Below the pieces are notes generated by a model that was not told where the DNA came from, did not search any database, and saw nothing but the letters and a program-made list of their open reading frames with translations. A stretch of DNA of 51,649 nucleotides from Hyphomicrobiaceae bacterium (GTDB taxonomy: Bacteria > Pseudomonadota > Alphaproteobacteria > Rhizobiales > Hyphomicrobiaceae): the NCBI GenBank assembly GCA_031409695.1, contig JANNXS010000075.1:1-51649 (forward strand), in the 5' to 3' direction. Positions 35,201 through 44,459 of this stretch are shown here, piece by piece. Both the position numbers and the translations under genes were made by a program. How positions within the stretch are numbered: the stretch's first letter is position 1; every line of letters starts with the position of its first letter.

Positions 35201-35884
35201 TCAGGCCTTCACCGGCGCCCAGAGCCACCAGAACGCGAGTTGCTTGATCGCCATTTCCGCAATCATCACGGCCCCGAAGCCGAACAGCGTCAAGCCCGCG
35301 ATCCGGTTCATGCGACCGAGCCAGCTCGCGTCCAAGTCGTCACGCCACCGACTGATCAGCTTTGAAACCACCACCCAGTAGCAGAAACTGCCGCCCATGA
35401 CAGACGCGGTCAGGGTCAGTGCGTCGATGGTCGAGGAGACATCGACAAACGTCGACAGGCCGCCGAACATGGCAATCAGTCCAAGCACGGCACCTGGATT
35501 GGTAATGGTGAGAAAGAACGCTTTCGGGATGTCCCAGACGTAGTCCAGCAGCGACGCGCTTTCAGCGTCGCCAGCTGTCGCAAATTGCGGTTTCTCAAAG
35601 AACAATTTGGCGCCAGCAACCATCAGGGCGAGGCCGCCGACAATCTGGATCACGGTTCTATATTGGCGCATGGCGCCCGAAATGGCATTGACCCCGAGGG
35701 AGGCACCGATGGCGATGAGGCCATCACCGAGCAGAACCCCGACACCGATGGCAAGGCCGCCAAAATAGCCTCGCTCGACGGCACGTTGCAGTCCGAGTAC
35801 GTTCATTGGGCCGAATGGAAGTGCCAGTAGCACGCCCATCAGGAACCCAAGCGGGATGATCAACGGGTTTGGGATGTACGCCAT
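35201..35884 (-). CDS. LysE/RhtB-family amino-acid exporter
   Basis: 227-aa six-TM protein with N-terminal PFGPMNVLGLQRAVERG typical of the LysE family. Confidence 0.75.
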   Translation of the reverse strand: MAYIPNPLIIPLGFLMGVLLALPFGPMNVLGLQRAVERGYFGGLAIGVGVLLGDGLIAIGASLGVNAISGAMRQYRTVIQIVGGLALMVAGAKLFFEKPQFATAGDAESASLLDYVWDIPKAFFLTITNPGAVLGLIAMFGGLSTFVDVSSTIDALTLTASVMGGSFCYWVVVSKLISRWRDDLDASWLGRMNRIAGLTLFGFGAVMIAEMAIKQLAFWWLWAPVKA

Positions 35885-36024
35885 GGGGCCGGTGTGACAT
35901 CACCCGCAAGAGGGTTGAAATGGCCAGGACACAGTCAGCCGACACGCGGGCCGGGAGCCATACCAGGAGCGGGTCCAGCAGCAAGTGGCGGCGCGAAGCG
36001 AGACCAACACCGGGGCGTCTCCTC

Positions 36025-36651
36025 ATGAACGGAATAGAGCGCGGATCAATGTCCTTGGGCGCAGTCGCCCTATTGGTACTGGCCTTGCCCGGCCTTGTCC
36101 ATGTGGATCGGTTCAATCAAGCCCAGGCACAGACGAAACTCACGGCAAAGACATCCACTCCGCCCGACAGAGCTGAGGCGGCGGCCAAAGCCGCGGCAAC
36201 GCCCGCTGCTTTGCCACGGCAAGTTGTGGACATGGTTGAGGCCATTCTCACAGCGGTCCGTTCAGGCGCGATTGCCGATCTCGAGGACGCCGTCGACTGG
36301 AATGAGATGAAGCCTGATCTTGGACCCACGTTCGTTGCAAACCCGGTTGCCTATTGGAAAGCCTTGTCTCGGGACGGCGAGGGGCGCGAGATCCTTGAGA
36401 TCCTTGGTAAGTTACTGGCAGGACAGCCAGCCGTCGTTCCCTTGGGCAAGGATATCGAGAACAACCGCCTTTACGTATGGCCAGCCTTCGCCGACACGCC
36501 GCTTTCGAAATTGCGGCCACCAGAGATGGAGGCCCTGGCTGGGCTAACGACCGCACAAACGCTGCAGACCATGCGCGAAAAAGATCGGTACGCGGGTTGG
36601 CGCTTGGTTATCGGCGCCGATGGCACCTGGCACAGTTTCCGTCCTGATTGA
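36025..36651 (+). CDS. Hypothetical periplasmic protein
   Basis: ORF with a signal-like segment (MSLGAVALLVLALPGLV). No family recognised; the start could be ATG 36025 or 36049. Confidence 0.45.
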   Translation: MNGIERGSMSLGAVALLVLALPGLVHVDRFNQAQAQTKLTAKTSTPPDRAEAAAKAAATPAALPRQVVDMVEAILTAVRSGAIADLEDAVDWNEMKPDLGPTFVANPVAYWKALSRDGEGREILEILGKLLAGQPAVVPLGKDIENNRLYVWPAFADTPLSKLRPPEMEALAGLTTAQTLQTMREKDRYAGWRLVIGADGTWHSFRPD

Positions 36652-36840
36652 GCGCGTTCCAGTCGAGCCGCTCCTATCGGCCCTTGATGGCTTCATTCAT
36701 GACACCGAGCGAACCGTTGCTCTGGCGCCGCGGTACGACCGAAAATGCACACGGCCGCTGGAGTTTTCCCGTGAAAAGCGCTCGAATCGCCGCAAAGCAT
36801 ATTCCGAATGTGAAACTCTTAGCCATCGGCGGACCGGTTC

Positions 36841-37200
36841 ATGTCGACCATGAAACATGCAATCTTCGTATTGGTCACCGCGATTGCTCTGGTGACCAGT
36901 CCTTTTGACGTCGCGCCCCCGGCCAGCGCATCCGAGTCAGGCATGGCCAGTATTCATACGTGGCGCAAAGTCGGCAAAAAGACGTGCCTTGTTGGTCATC
37001 AGCACGCAGGCAACGGATCGGGAAATTCCCTGAAAGCTGCCCAGGCCCAGGCTATTGGTTCATGGTCGAGCTTCACGGATTTGGAATATGGCTCTAGCTG
37101 GGCGAGCTTCGGCATTGCCATCGAAAAAATCATGAAATGTTCACCCGACGGCAGCGTGGTTCAATGCGATTTGCTGGCGACTCCCTGCCGCGGCTGGTAG
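36841..37200 (+). CDS. Small secreted Cys-containing hypothetical protein
   Basis: 119 aa with a signal peptide (MKHAIFVLVTAIALVTSPF...ASA) and four Cys in the mature part. No family recognised. Confidence 0.5.
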   Translation: MSTMKHAIFVLVTAIALVTSPFDVAPPASASESGMASIHTWRKVGKKTCLVGHQHAGNGSGNSLKAAQAQAIGSWSSFTDLEYGSSWASFGIAIEKIMKCSPDGSVVQCDLLATPCRGW

Positions 37201-37323
37201 TGGGAATGGACGGGACGAGTGGGTTCCTTGTTTGCATGTTCGTTTCGCTTGCGCCCAGGCGTTAGCCGCGCAACAAACAGCCAAGGGAAATTCCGCGTTT
37301 TGCGCGGCCTTGGAGTTTGGTCC

Positions 37324-38511
37324 GTGTCCACACAGTCTTACAATGCCGCGCCAGCGATCATCGGTTGGGCACATTCGCCATTCGGCAAACTCGACGCCGT
37401 CGACACCGAGAGCCTGATTGGCTTAGTGGCCGCTGACGCTTTGGCGCACGCGGGCGTCGGCCCGGCCGACATCGATTTCATCACCTGCGGCGTCTACAAT
37501 AACGGCTTCACCAAACAGGGCTTTGAGGCGTCGTTGGTCGCCCTGTCGATTCCCGAGCTTGGCGAAACACCCGCCGTACACGTGGAGAATGCATGCGCCA
37601 CAGGTTCTGCTGCCATCCACACCGCCCTTGACTACATTCAATCCGGTCGCGGCAGGATCGCCCTCGTTGTGGGCGCCGAGAAGATGACGGCCACGCCAAC
37701 GGCGGAAGTTGGCGATATCCTCTTGTCCGCCTGCTATCGCAAGGAGGAGGGCGAGATCAACGCGGGCTTTGCTGGGATCTTTGGTAAGATCACCGCTAAC
37801 TATTTCCAGCGCTACGGCGACCGCAGCGCCGAACTGGCCATGATCGCCGCCAAGAACCACAAACACGGCCTCGCCAATCCGTGGGCGCAGATGCGCCGCG
37901 ACTTCGGTTTCGACTTCTGCAACACGGTGTCCGATAAAAACCCGATCGTCGCCGGCCCGCTCAGGCGCACGGACTGCTCGCTTGTATCGGATGGCGCGGC
38001 GGCGCTTGTGCTGGCCGACGCGGAGACGGCCGCAAAAATGCAGCGCGCGATTGGTTTCCGCGCCCGACAGCACGCCAATGACTTCCTGCCGATTTCCAAG
38101 CGCGACCCGATCGCCTTCAAGGGCGCGCACCGCGCCTGGGCGCAGGCAAAAGCACAAGCCGGGATTGAAATCCTCGATCTCGACCTTGTCGAAACGCACG
38201 ACTGCTTCACGACCGCCGAGATGATCGAATACGAAGCCATGGGCCTCGCCAAGCCTGGTGAGGGCTGGAAGGTAGCACGGGAAGGTGTGACCAGTCGCGG
38301 CGGCAGACTGCCGGTCAATCTATCCGGCGGGCTGAAGTCAAAGGGCCATCCCATCGGCGCCACCGGCATTTCCATGCACGTACTTGCGGCCATGCAGCTG
38401 ATGGGCGAGGCCGGCGACATGCAGTTGAACGGCGCCGAACTCGCGGGCGTGTTCAACATGGGTGGGACAGCCGTCGCCAACTACGTGTCTATTCTTGAGC
38501 GGGTGAAGTGA
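37324..38511 (+). CDS. Thiolase-domain protein (SCP-x/lipid-transfer type acetyl-CoA C-acyltransferase-like)
   Basis: Active-site Cys in VENACATGSAA and C-terminal thiolase blocks (ETHDCFT, GGLKSKGHPIGATG). Start set at in-frame GTG 37324 (GGAG upstream); the ORF-track N-terminal extension is not thiolase-like. Confidence 0.8.
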   Translation: MSTQSYNAAPAIIGWAHSPFGKLDAVDTESLIGLVAADALAHAGVGPADIDFITCGVYNNGFTKQGFEASLVALSIPELGETPAVHVENACATGSAAIHTALDYIQSGRGRIALVVGAEKMTATPTAEVGDILLSACYRKEEGEINAGFAGIFGKITANYFQRYGDRSAELAMIAAKNHKHGLANPWAQMRRDFGFDFCNTVSDKNPIVAGPLRRTDCSLVSDGAAALVLADAETAAKMQRAIGFRARQHANDFLPISKRDPIAFKGAHRAWAQAKAQAGIEILDLDLVETHDCFTTAEMIEYEAMGLAKPGEGWKVAREGVTSRGGRLPVNLSGGLKSKGHPIGATGISMHVLAAMQLMGEAGDMQLNGAELAGVFNMGGTAVANYVSILERVK

Positions 38512-38619
38512 GCCCCTGCCAGCGTCAGCTGACCCGCGTTGAACGGTCGCTAGACAGGCAACTCTGATACACCTATATACCGGCCGACCAATCGACCTCT
38601 AACGGGTGTTCGACGGTCC

Positions 38620-38695
38620 GCCTGGGTAGCTCAGTTGGTAGAGCATGCGATTGAAAATCGCAGTGTCGTCAGTTCAATTCTGACCCCGGGCACCA
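38620..38695 (+). tRNA. tRNA-Phe (anticodon GAA)
   Basis: 76-nt cloverleaf: acceptor GCCTGGG/CCCGGGC, D-loop AGCTCAGTTGGTAGAGC, anticodon stem TGCGA/TCGCA with loop TTGAAAA, T-arm GTTCAATTC, encoded CCA. Confidence 0.93.
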
Positions 38696-38896
38696 TCTTT
38701 AACCGCTGAAAACGCTGCGTTTTTGAGCGAGCTCATAAGACAGCCGTCTGGCATTTGATCATTACTGGGCGACCAATGCGGCAACGGCCAGCTTGCCCGC
38801 GAAACAAAGAACGCTGTGATGGCATAGCAGTGACCCGCGCACGCCGAGCGCTTTGGCCGATCAAAAGACTTTCCGATCAGTTCACGCGGTTAACGT

Positions 38897-40075
38897 TCAC
38901 GCATCTTCCGCCGACACGTCCTTTCGAAATGGAGCGTACTCGGCCAACAGTTCGCGCTGCTCAGCCACATGGGCACGCTCTTCATCGAGAAAATTTGACA
39001 CGGCCTTGCGGAAGCTTGGGTCGGCGACCCAATGCAACGAGTAAGTCGTTTCAGGCATGTAGCCGCGCGCTAGTTTGTGTTCTCCCTGTGCCCCCGCTTC
39101 GACCCGCGCGAGCTTGCGCGCAATGGCGACGTCAATCGCCTGATAATAGCACACCTCGAAATGCAGGCAGGGGTGATGTTCAATACAGCCCCAATAGCGG
39201 CCATAAATACAATCGCCGCCAATGAAGTTGAGTGCACCCGCAATCGGTTGACCGTCACGCTCGGCAAAGATCAGCAGACATTGCTCGGGCATGGACATGC
39301 CAATCAGCGAGAAGAACTTACGATTGAGATAGGGCCGCCCCCATTTGCGGCTGCCGGTATCCATGTAGAATTTATAGAATACGTCCCAGTCGGCATCTGT
39401 GATGTCGCCGCCGGAGACATGGCGAACCGTCAACCCAGCTGCGAGTGCTTCGACACGCTCCTTGCGCATGTTTTTGCGCTTGCGCGATGACAGCGCCGCC
39501 AGGAAGTCGTCAAACGACGTGTAGCCGTTGTTAGCCCAGTGATACTGCTGGTGCGTGCGTTGCAACAAACCGGCCGCACCCAATCGAGCCCACTCCGCTT
39601 GCGAGGCAAAGGTTGCATGCAGAGACGATAGTTTCGCACGCTTCGTCACTTCAATCGCCGCCGCGGCCAGCAGGCGTTCATGCTCGTCCGCGTCAGGGCC
39701 TGGCGCCGCCATGAAACGGCGACCTGGGACGGGCGTAAAGGGCACCGCAATTTGCAGTTTCGGGTAGTAGCGGCCACCCGCACGATGCAAGGCTTCAGCC
39801 CAGCCATGATCGAACACGTATTCGCCCTGGCTGTGGCTCTTGAGATAAGCCGGTGCGACCGCCACGATCTCGCCCGCCGGCGTTTCCAGCAAGAGGTGCT
39901 GCGGCGCCCAACCGGAGCGCCCGCCGACACATCCGGCATCCTCAAGCGCGTGTAGGAAGGCGTGCGATTGGAAGGGATTATAGGTGGCGGGATCGGGGTT
40001 CGCGCACCTGTCCCAGGCGGCCGATGAAATGTCCGAGATCGTCTCGACGACGCGTAACTGATGCGCTGAACTCAT
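38897..40075 (-). CDS. FemAB-like/DUF482 GNAT-fold acyltransferase family protein
   Basis: 392 aa. N-terminus ...ISSAAWDRCANPDP...NPFQSHAFLHALEDAGCV and overall length resemble the conserved proteobacterial DUF482 (peptidoglycan biosynthesis/recognition-like) family. Confidence 0.6.
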   Translation of the reverse strand: MSSAHQLRVVETISDISSAAWDRCANPDPATYNPFQSHAFLHALEDAGCVGGRSGWAPQHLLLETPAGEIVAVAPAYLKSHSQGEYVFDHGWAEALHRAGGRYYPKLQIAVPFTPVPGRRFMAAPGPDADEHERLLAAAAIEVTKRAKLSSLHATFASQAEWARLGAAGLLQRTHQQYHWANNGYTSFDDFLAALSSRKRKNMRKERVEALAAGLTVRHVSGGDITDADWDVFYKFYMDTGSRKWGRPYLNRKFFSLIGMSMPEQCLLIFAERDGQPIAGALNFIGGDCIYGRYWGCIEHHPCLHFEVCYYQAIDVAIARKLARVEAGAQGEHKLARGYMPETTYSLHWVADPSFRKAVSNFLDEERAHVAEQRELLAEYAPFRKDVSAEDA

Positions 40076-40172
40076 AGCGCCAGCTCTACGCGGCCAAAGG
40101 CCAGTTTGTCATCGGGGGGCGAGGGGGCTTTTTCGCGCAGTCTTGTGCAGCCGATCCTCAATCGGCGAACCC

Positions 40173-40706
40173 TCACTCCGCTTGCGGCTTCATGAGCGCA
40201 GCATACTTCTTCCAGTTTGCCACATAGTGGGCAGCACCGCGTTGCATACGGGCAACGTTTTCTGGCGTCAGCTCGCGAATGACGCGCGCGGGGGCGCCGA
40301 CGGCAAGGCAGTTCGGCGGGATCTCCTTGCCTTCGCCGACCACGGCGCCCGCACCGATCAATGAACCTGCGCCAATCTTCGCACCATTGAGTACGATGGC
40401 GCCTATACCGATCAGCGCGCCGTCGCCGATCGTACAACCATGCAACATGACCATGTGGCCGATGGTGCAATCCGAGCCGATCGTGAGCGGAAAGCCGGGA
40501 TCGACATGCAGCACACAACCTTCCTGGATATTGGTGCGCGCGCCAATGTGGATCGGCTCGTTGTCCGCCCGGATCGTGCAGCCAAACCAGACGCTGGCGT
40601 CGTCCTCAAGCGTAACATCACCGACCACAACGGCATTGTCCGCAACCCAATATTTCCCTCGGCCGGGCGTTTTCACGCGCTTGCCGTCAAATTCATACAG
40701 CGACAT
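40173..40706 (-). CDS. Gamma-carbonic anhydrase-family (left-handed beta-helix, YrdA/PaaY-like) protein
   Basis: Hexapeptide repeats throughout and a conserved N-terminus (P...G..WVADNAVVVGDV.L.DD.SVWF..TIR.D). Confidence 0.85.
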   Translation of the reverse strand: MSLYEFDGKRVKTPGRGKYWVADNAVVVGDVTLEDDASVWFGCTIRADNEPIHIGARTNIQEGCVLHVDPGFPLTIGSDCTIGHMVMLHGCTIGDGALIGIGAIVLNGAKIGAGSLIGAGAVVGEGKEIPPNCLAVGAPARVIRELTPENVARMQRGAAHYVANWKKYAALMKPQAE

Positions 40707-40738
40707 GGCGCTTGTCCTCGATGGCGCGACGCGAGACC

Positions 40739-41314
40739 TCAGGCATTCGCAATCGGTGCGCCTTCGGCCCCGGCCTGGTTCCGGCGCTGCGTGTAGAGGG
40801 CCGCGAAATCGATCGGGTCAAGCAACAGTGGTGGGAATCCGCCTTCACGCGTAACGTCGGCTGTCATGCGGCGCAGGAACGGAAAGATCAGCGCCGGGCA
40901 ATTGACGAGCAGGAATTGCTCCAGCACCTGCTCGGGCATATTCTGGAGATCGAACAGCGCCCCGTAGACGATCTCAAATTCATAAAGCACGCCCGCTTTG
41001 GCGTTGCATTGAGCCTTAAGCGTGATGGCGCTTTCATAGACCGTGTCGCCTAGCCTCTGGGCATTGACATTGACCTCGACGCCGAGATTCGGATTTTCGC
41101 CCTGCGCCAGGATCTGCTTACCTATGCTGGGGTTCTCGAACGACATATCCTTCACATACTGACTGATGACACGAACTTGGACCTGCACGCCTTGAGCGTC
41201 ATCTGCGCTGGCTCCATTCCCTTGGCCGTTGCCCGGACCATTGCCTTGGCCATTCTCTCGGCCGTTGCCAAGCGTACCGCCGCTTGAGGTCGCGGGTTTG
41301 GGCGGAATGGCCAT
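40739..41314 (-). CDS. secB: Protein-export chaperone SecB (with Gly/Asn-rich N-terminal extension)
   Basis: Core VISQYVKDMSFENP...CPALIFPFLRRMTADVTREGGFPPLLLDPIDF is SecB-typical. Start set at ATG 41314. Confidence 0.85.
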   Translation of the reverse strand: MAIPPKPATSSGGTLGNGRENGQGNGPGNGQGNGASADDAQGVQVQVRVISQYVKDMSFENPSIGKQILAQGENPNLGVEVNVNAQRLGDTVYESAITLKAQCNAKAGVLYEFEIVYGALFDLQNMPEQVLEQFLLVNCPALIFPFLRRMTADVTREGGFPPLLLDPIDFAALYTQRRNQAGAEGAPIANA

Positions 41315-41488
41315 GGCCGGGTGTCCTTCACGATGCTGTGCGGTGGGCGCTGAGTCGGCGCGACCTAATGAACTTGCGCTAGCATGGGACCATGGCAGCG
41401 GCAACCGATCGCCCAGTTCCGGCAGTTCCGGATCGCTCAGTTACCGGTCTTCCGGGCATGAGGGGGCATCGAACGTGCCCCGACGCCA

Positions 41489-42058
41489 TTACTCTTCAAG
41501 CAGCATCCGGCCGTTGCGCATTTCGTAGCGGTTGAGGCGGCTTAAGAATGAGTTGCCGAGCAAGGTAGTCTGTAGCTTGCCGCGCTCGATCACGGCCGCC
41601 CGGACATTGCGCACCATGATGTCGCCGATCATGACGCGGTCCAGGGTGACCGGGGCCACGCGGGCGACGCCGTTGGCGGTTGAAACCTGATGCGTAAACT
41701 CACTTTGCGCGGGGCCAACGCCGATTGCAACCGCATCGTCATAAGTGAGCGCGACAATTGAGGCACCCGTGTCGACCATGACGTCAATGCGGCGGCCATT
41801 GATTTCCGCTGCTGTGAAAAAGTGTCCGTTGACGCCGACGTTAAGCTCAGCCGTGTTGCGACCGCCCGCCTCAAGCTTGCTGCGCACAGGTGTTGTAGCG
41901 GCGGCTATAGTGCGCACAGGCGGCTGGAGGCCCAGCATGGCGTATCCCGCCATTTTGATTTCGGGTGCATAAACAATCGCGGCGATGCCGAGCACAATCG
42001 CCATGGCCCATCCGGCCAATTCACCCAATATGCTCCGGCCACCGTAAGACAGTGCCAT
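41489..42058 (-). CDS. TIGR02281-type clan AA (retropepsin-like) aspartic protease, membrane-anchored
   Basis: Active-site MVDTGASIVALT, an N-terminal TM helix and the C-terminal LLGNSFLSRL motif. Start at MALSYGG chosen by analogy with the paralogue. Confidence 0.72.
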   Translation of the reverse strand: MALSYGGRSILGELAGWAMAIVLGIAAIVYAPEIKMAGYAMLGLQPPVRTIAAATTPVRSKLEAGGRNTAELNVGVNGHFFTAAEINGRRIDVMVDTGASIVALTYDDAVAIGVGPAQSEFTHQVSTANGVARVAPVTLDRVMIGDIMVRNVRAAVIERGKLQTTLLGNSFLSRLNRYEMRNGRMLLEE

Positions 42059-42120
42059 GGACGCCTCGATACGCAGAGAACAAACAGGATGCATGTGTGC
42101 TCTGCGACCAAGGCTGGAAC

Positions 42121-42831
42121 CTAGATGCGCAAAGTCAGGTAGTCTCCCGAGAATTCATAAGACCTCAGTCTGTTTAAGAATGTCATACCAAGAAGGCTAT
42201 CTTTTAGCGAACCCGGCTTAGAGACGAGTGCATCCACGTCGCGCACCTGGATCGGACCGACCGACAAAGATTTGATGCGGACCGAGGCAGCGTACGTTGT
42301 GCCGTTGGCGGTCTGGACCGGTACCGAGTAGCGCAAACGGTCGATATCGATGCCAAGTTTCTGGGCATCTGTCGGTTTCAGCACAACAGTAGACGCACCG
42401 GTGTCAATCAACATTGACATGGCTAACCCCTCGACTTCAGTGCGAGCGATGAAATGACCATCCGGACGGCGACGGATGCGCACCGCATTGTCGGCATCAA
42501 GTTCTGCTGTGGCGTGCAGGCTGGACGGGCGTTGAACATACTCGCCCGTCACACGATGGACGGCCGAGACAATATCGAAGCGATAGTTGTATCCGGCAAC
42601 AAGTGCCGTTGCGAAGACAAGGCCGGCCGCAAAACCCCGCACTGAGCGGACAAGTTCTACGCGGTCACGCGAGAGGAGGAGTGTTGTGACAAATGCCGCT
42701 GCGGCCATGACGCCCGCAACGACCACAAGCTCTCGCACATCGAGCCCGGACGCAGTTTCAATTTCGGGTGCATACAGCGCGGCCCCCGTCGCCACGACCA
42801 AGCCCACAAATGACGATCCGAGACGCATCAC
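42121..42831 (-). CDS. TIGR02281-type clan AA (retropepsin-like) aspartic protease, membrane-anchored (paralogue)
   Basis: Active-site LIDTGASTVVLK, three N-terminal hydrophobic segments and C-terminal LLGMTFLNRL. Confidence 0.72.
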   Translation of the reverse strand: MMRLGSSFVGLVVATGAALYAPEIETASGLDVRELVVVAGVMAAAAFVTTLLLSRDRVELVRSVRGFAAGLVFATALVAGYNYRFDIVSAVHRVTGEYVQRPSSLHATAELDADNAVRIRRRPDGHFIARTEVEGLAMSMLIDTGASTVVLKPTDAQKLGIDIDRLRYSVPVQTANGTTYAASVRIKSLSVGPIQVRDVDALVSKPGSLKDSLLGMTFLNRLRSYEFSGDYLTLRI

Positions 42832-43080
42832 TTACTCCGAGCCCAGACCTCCGGCCCTGTCCGACAGAGCCCGTCCGCCGGGAACATAAGTGCTACGTGC
42901 TCCCGACCTGGACACCTGTCAACGATATGTTGACCATTTGGTGGCGCGGCGATCTCAATCACTGGGCAGTCTAGGGCCTCTCCGCCACATTTTAAGTGGC
43001 ACTGCACCATTCCTCCGCATGCCTCACTGTTGCGCCAGATCTGCGCGCGTTTGATGGCGCTGGTCGGCTCGGCACGCACG

Positions 43081-43389
43081 TTCGACTACAGGCTGCGTTG
43101 GTGCATCGTCATGCCGGCGGCGTGGTTTCCGTGCAACGCGATGTTGTCCGACATTAAGGGGCGTGGCTTCGGAACCGAAGGCAGCCAATTGCAACGTACC
43201 AACCGCATCGCGCGCATGATGCTGATCATGACGCTTGCTTCCTATTGGACCGCCCCGACGCGCATTTGGGCGTCAGAGAAAACGGCACGCTCCGCCCCAA
43301 AAAAAGACGCTGCGTCTCGTCGCAGAGGAGGGCGGAGCGGCTTAATGCCGTCTTTCAAGCGTGGCCTGCACCGCATCCAGACCTGCCTG
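43081..43389 (+). mobile_element. IS4-family transposase remnant (C-terminal fragment only)
   Basis: The translation FDYRLRWCI...MLSDIKGRGFGTEGSQLQRTNRIARMMLIMTLASYW...SFKRGLHRI resembles the YxxRWxIE...K(S)RGFxLE...RL..L...LA..W C-terminal block of IS4-type DDE transposases. It carries an insertion, and no N-terminal or DDE-core part is present. Confidence 0.45.
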
Positions 43390-43522
43390 CAGCCCTTCGC
43401 GCGTGAGACCAAGCCTCTGGTCGGTCGTAGGGAATTGGTGGATGGTGAAGGGGGGAGGGCACCTCACGGCCTTGCGCCTTTTGCCGACTGTGTCTATTGA
43501 GCGTGCGGCAGCGGCTATGCGC

Positions 43523-43596
<74 letters not shown>

Positions 43597-43778
43597 ACAA
43601 AATCAATGACTTACGAAACTTAACGGGCCAGCCAGCGGCGAATAGCTAACCTATAGCTAACCCGCGCGGAGTAGAATTTCAGGCCAGATTGCCGCACTAG
43701 GCCCTGTTGAGTCAGCACTAATCTGGCTGCTGCAGAGTTCGGTTGCACCGAAATGTGTGCGGCAAGGTGTACCCTACC

Positions 43779-43850
43779 GGCACAGCACGTGGGTGCTGCA
43801 CCTATGTGCAGTTAGAACCGTTTCGGGCTTTTCGGCACAGGTGTGCTGCG
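43779..43850. promoter_or_regulatory. Candidate recombinase-binding (res-like) subsites upstream of the serine recombinase gene
   Basis: Two sites share the half-sites GGCACAG and GTGCTGC with different spacing: GGCACAGcacgtggGTGCTGCAC at 43779-43801 (containing the palindrome CAGCAC-GTGG-GTGCTG) and GGCACAGgtGTGCTGCG at 43834-43850. They lie 40-110 bp upstream of the recombinase start. Confidence 0.35.
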
Positions 43851-43889
43851 TCATCATAGGCACTGACGCACACAACGAAGGGTCGATGC

Positions 43890-44459
43890 TTGGGGACAGT
43901 TCAGCGGGTTGGGTACAAGAGAGTGAGCACGGTCGATCAAGTCACGGACCGGCAGCTGGACGGCGTAGCACTGGACAAGACCTTTATCGAGTACGCGTCA
44001 GGCAAGAGCGCCGACCGGCCACAGCTGCAACTCGCGATCGCCTACGCGCGGGAAGGGGACACCTTCGTAGTACACTCCATGGACCGGCTAGCGCGCAACC
44101 TCGATGATCTCCGCCGGCTGGTGCGAGAACTGACGAGCAAGGGTGTTCGGGTCGTGTTCGTCAAGGAGGCCATGACGTTCACCGGCGAGGCGTCCGCCAT
44201 GGCAACGCTCATGCTGTCCGTGATGGGCGCCTTCGCCGAGTTCGAGCGGGCGCTGATTCGCGAACGCCAGCGAGAAGGTGTGGCACTGGCCAAGAAGCGC
44301 GGCGCTTACAAAGGGCGGAAGCGCGTTTTGACTGGTAAGCAGATCGAGACCCTGCAACAACTAGCCCTGCTAGGCGTCAACAAGGCGGCGCTAGCGCGGG
44401 AGTTGAGGATCGGCCGTCGGATCTTGTACGCGTACTTGCAGGGCGGTCGAGCCGCCTAA
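43890..44459 (+). CDS. Small serine recombinase (resolvase/invertase family)
   Basis: N-terminal VGYKRVSTVDQ (catalytic Ser), DRLARN, a GAFAEFERALIRERQREG E-helix and a C-terminal HTH (NKAALARELRIGRRILYAYL). The apparent start is TTG. Confidence 0.9.
   Translation: MGTVQRVGYKRVSTVDQVTDRQLDGVALDKTFIEYASGKSADRPQLQLAIAYAREGDTFVVHSMDRLARNLDDLRRLVRELTSKGVRVVFVKEAMTFTGEASAMATLMLSVMGAFAEFERALIRERQREGVALAKKRGAYKGRKRVLTGKQIETLQQLALLGVNKAALARELRIGRRILYAYLQGGRAA

Noticed and set aside
38553-38619. Possible third, degenerate copy of the ~108-nt repeat upstream of tRNA-Phe (CTGATAC...TATACCGGCCGACCAAT...CGACGGT)
   Set aside because: Only short patches match (7-mers and a 14/17 stretch). The stems are not preserved and the GC-rich core is absent, so this is not distinguishable from chance by eye.
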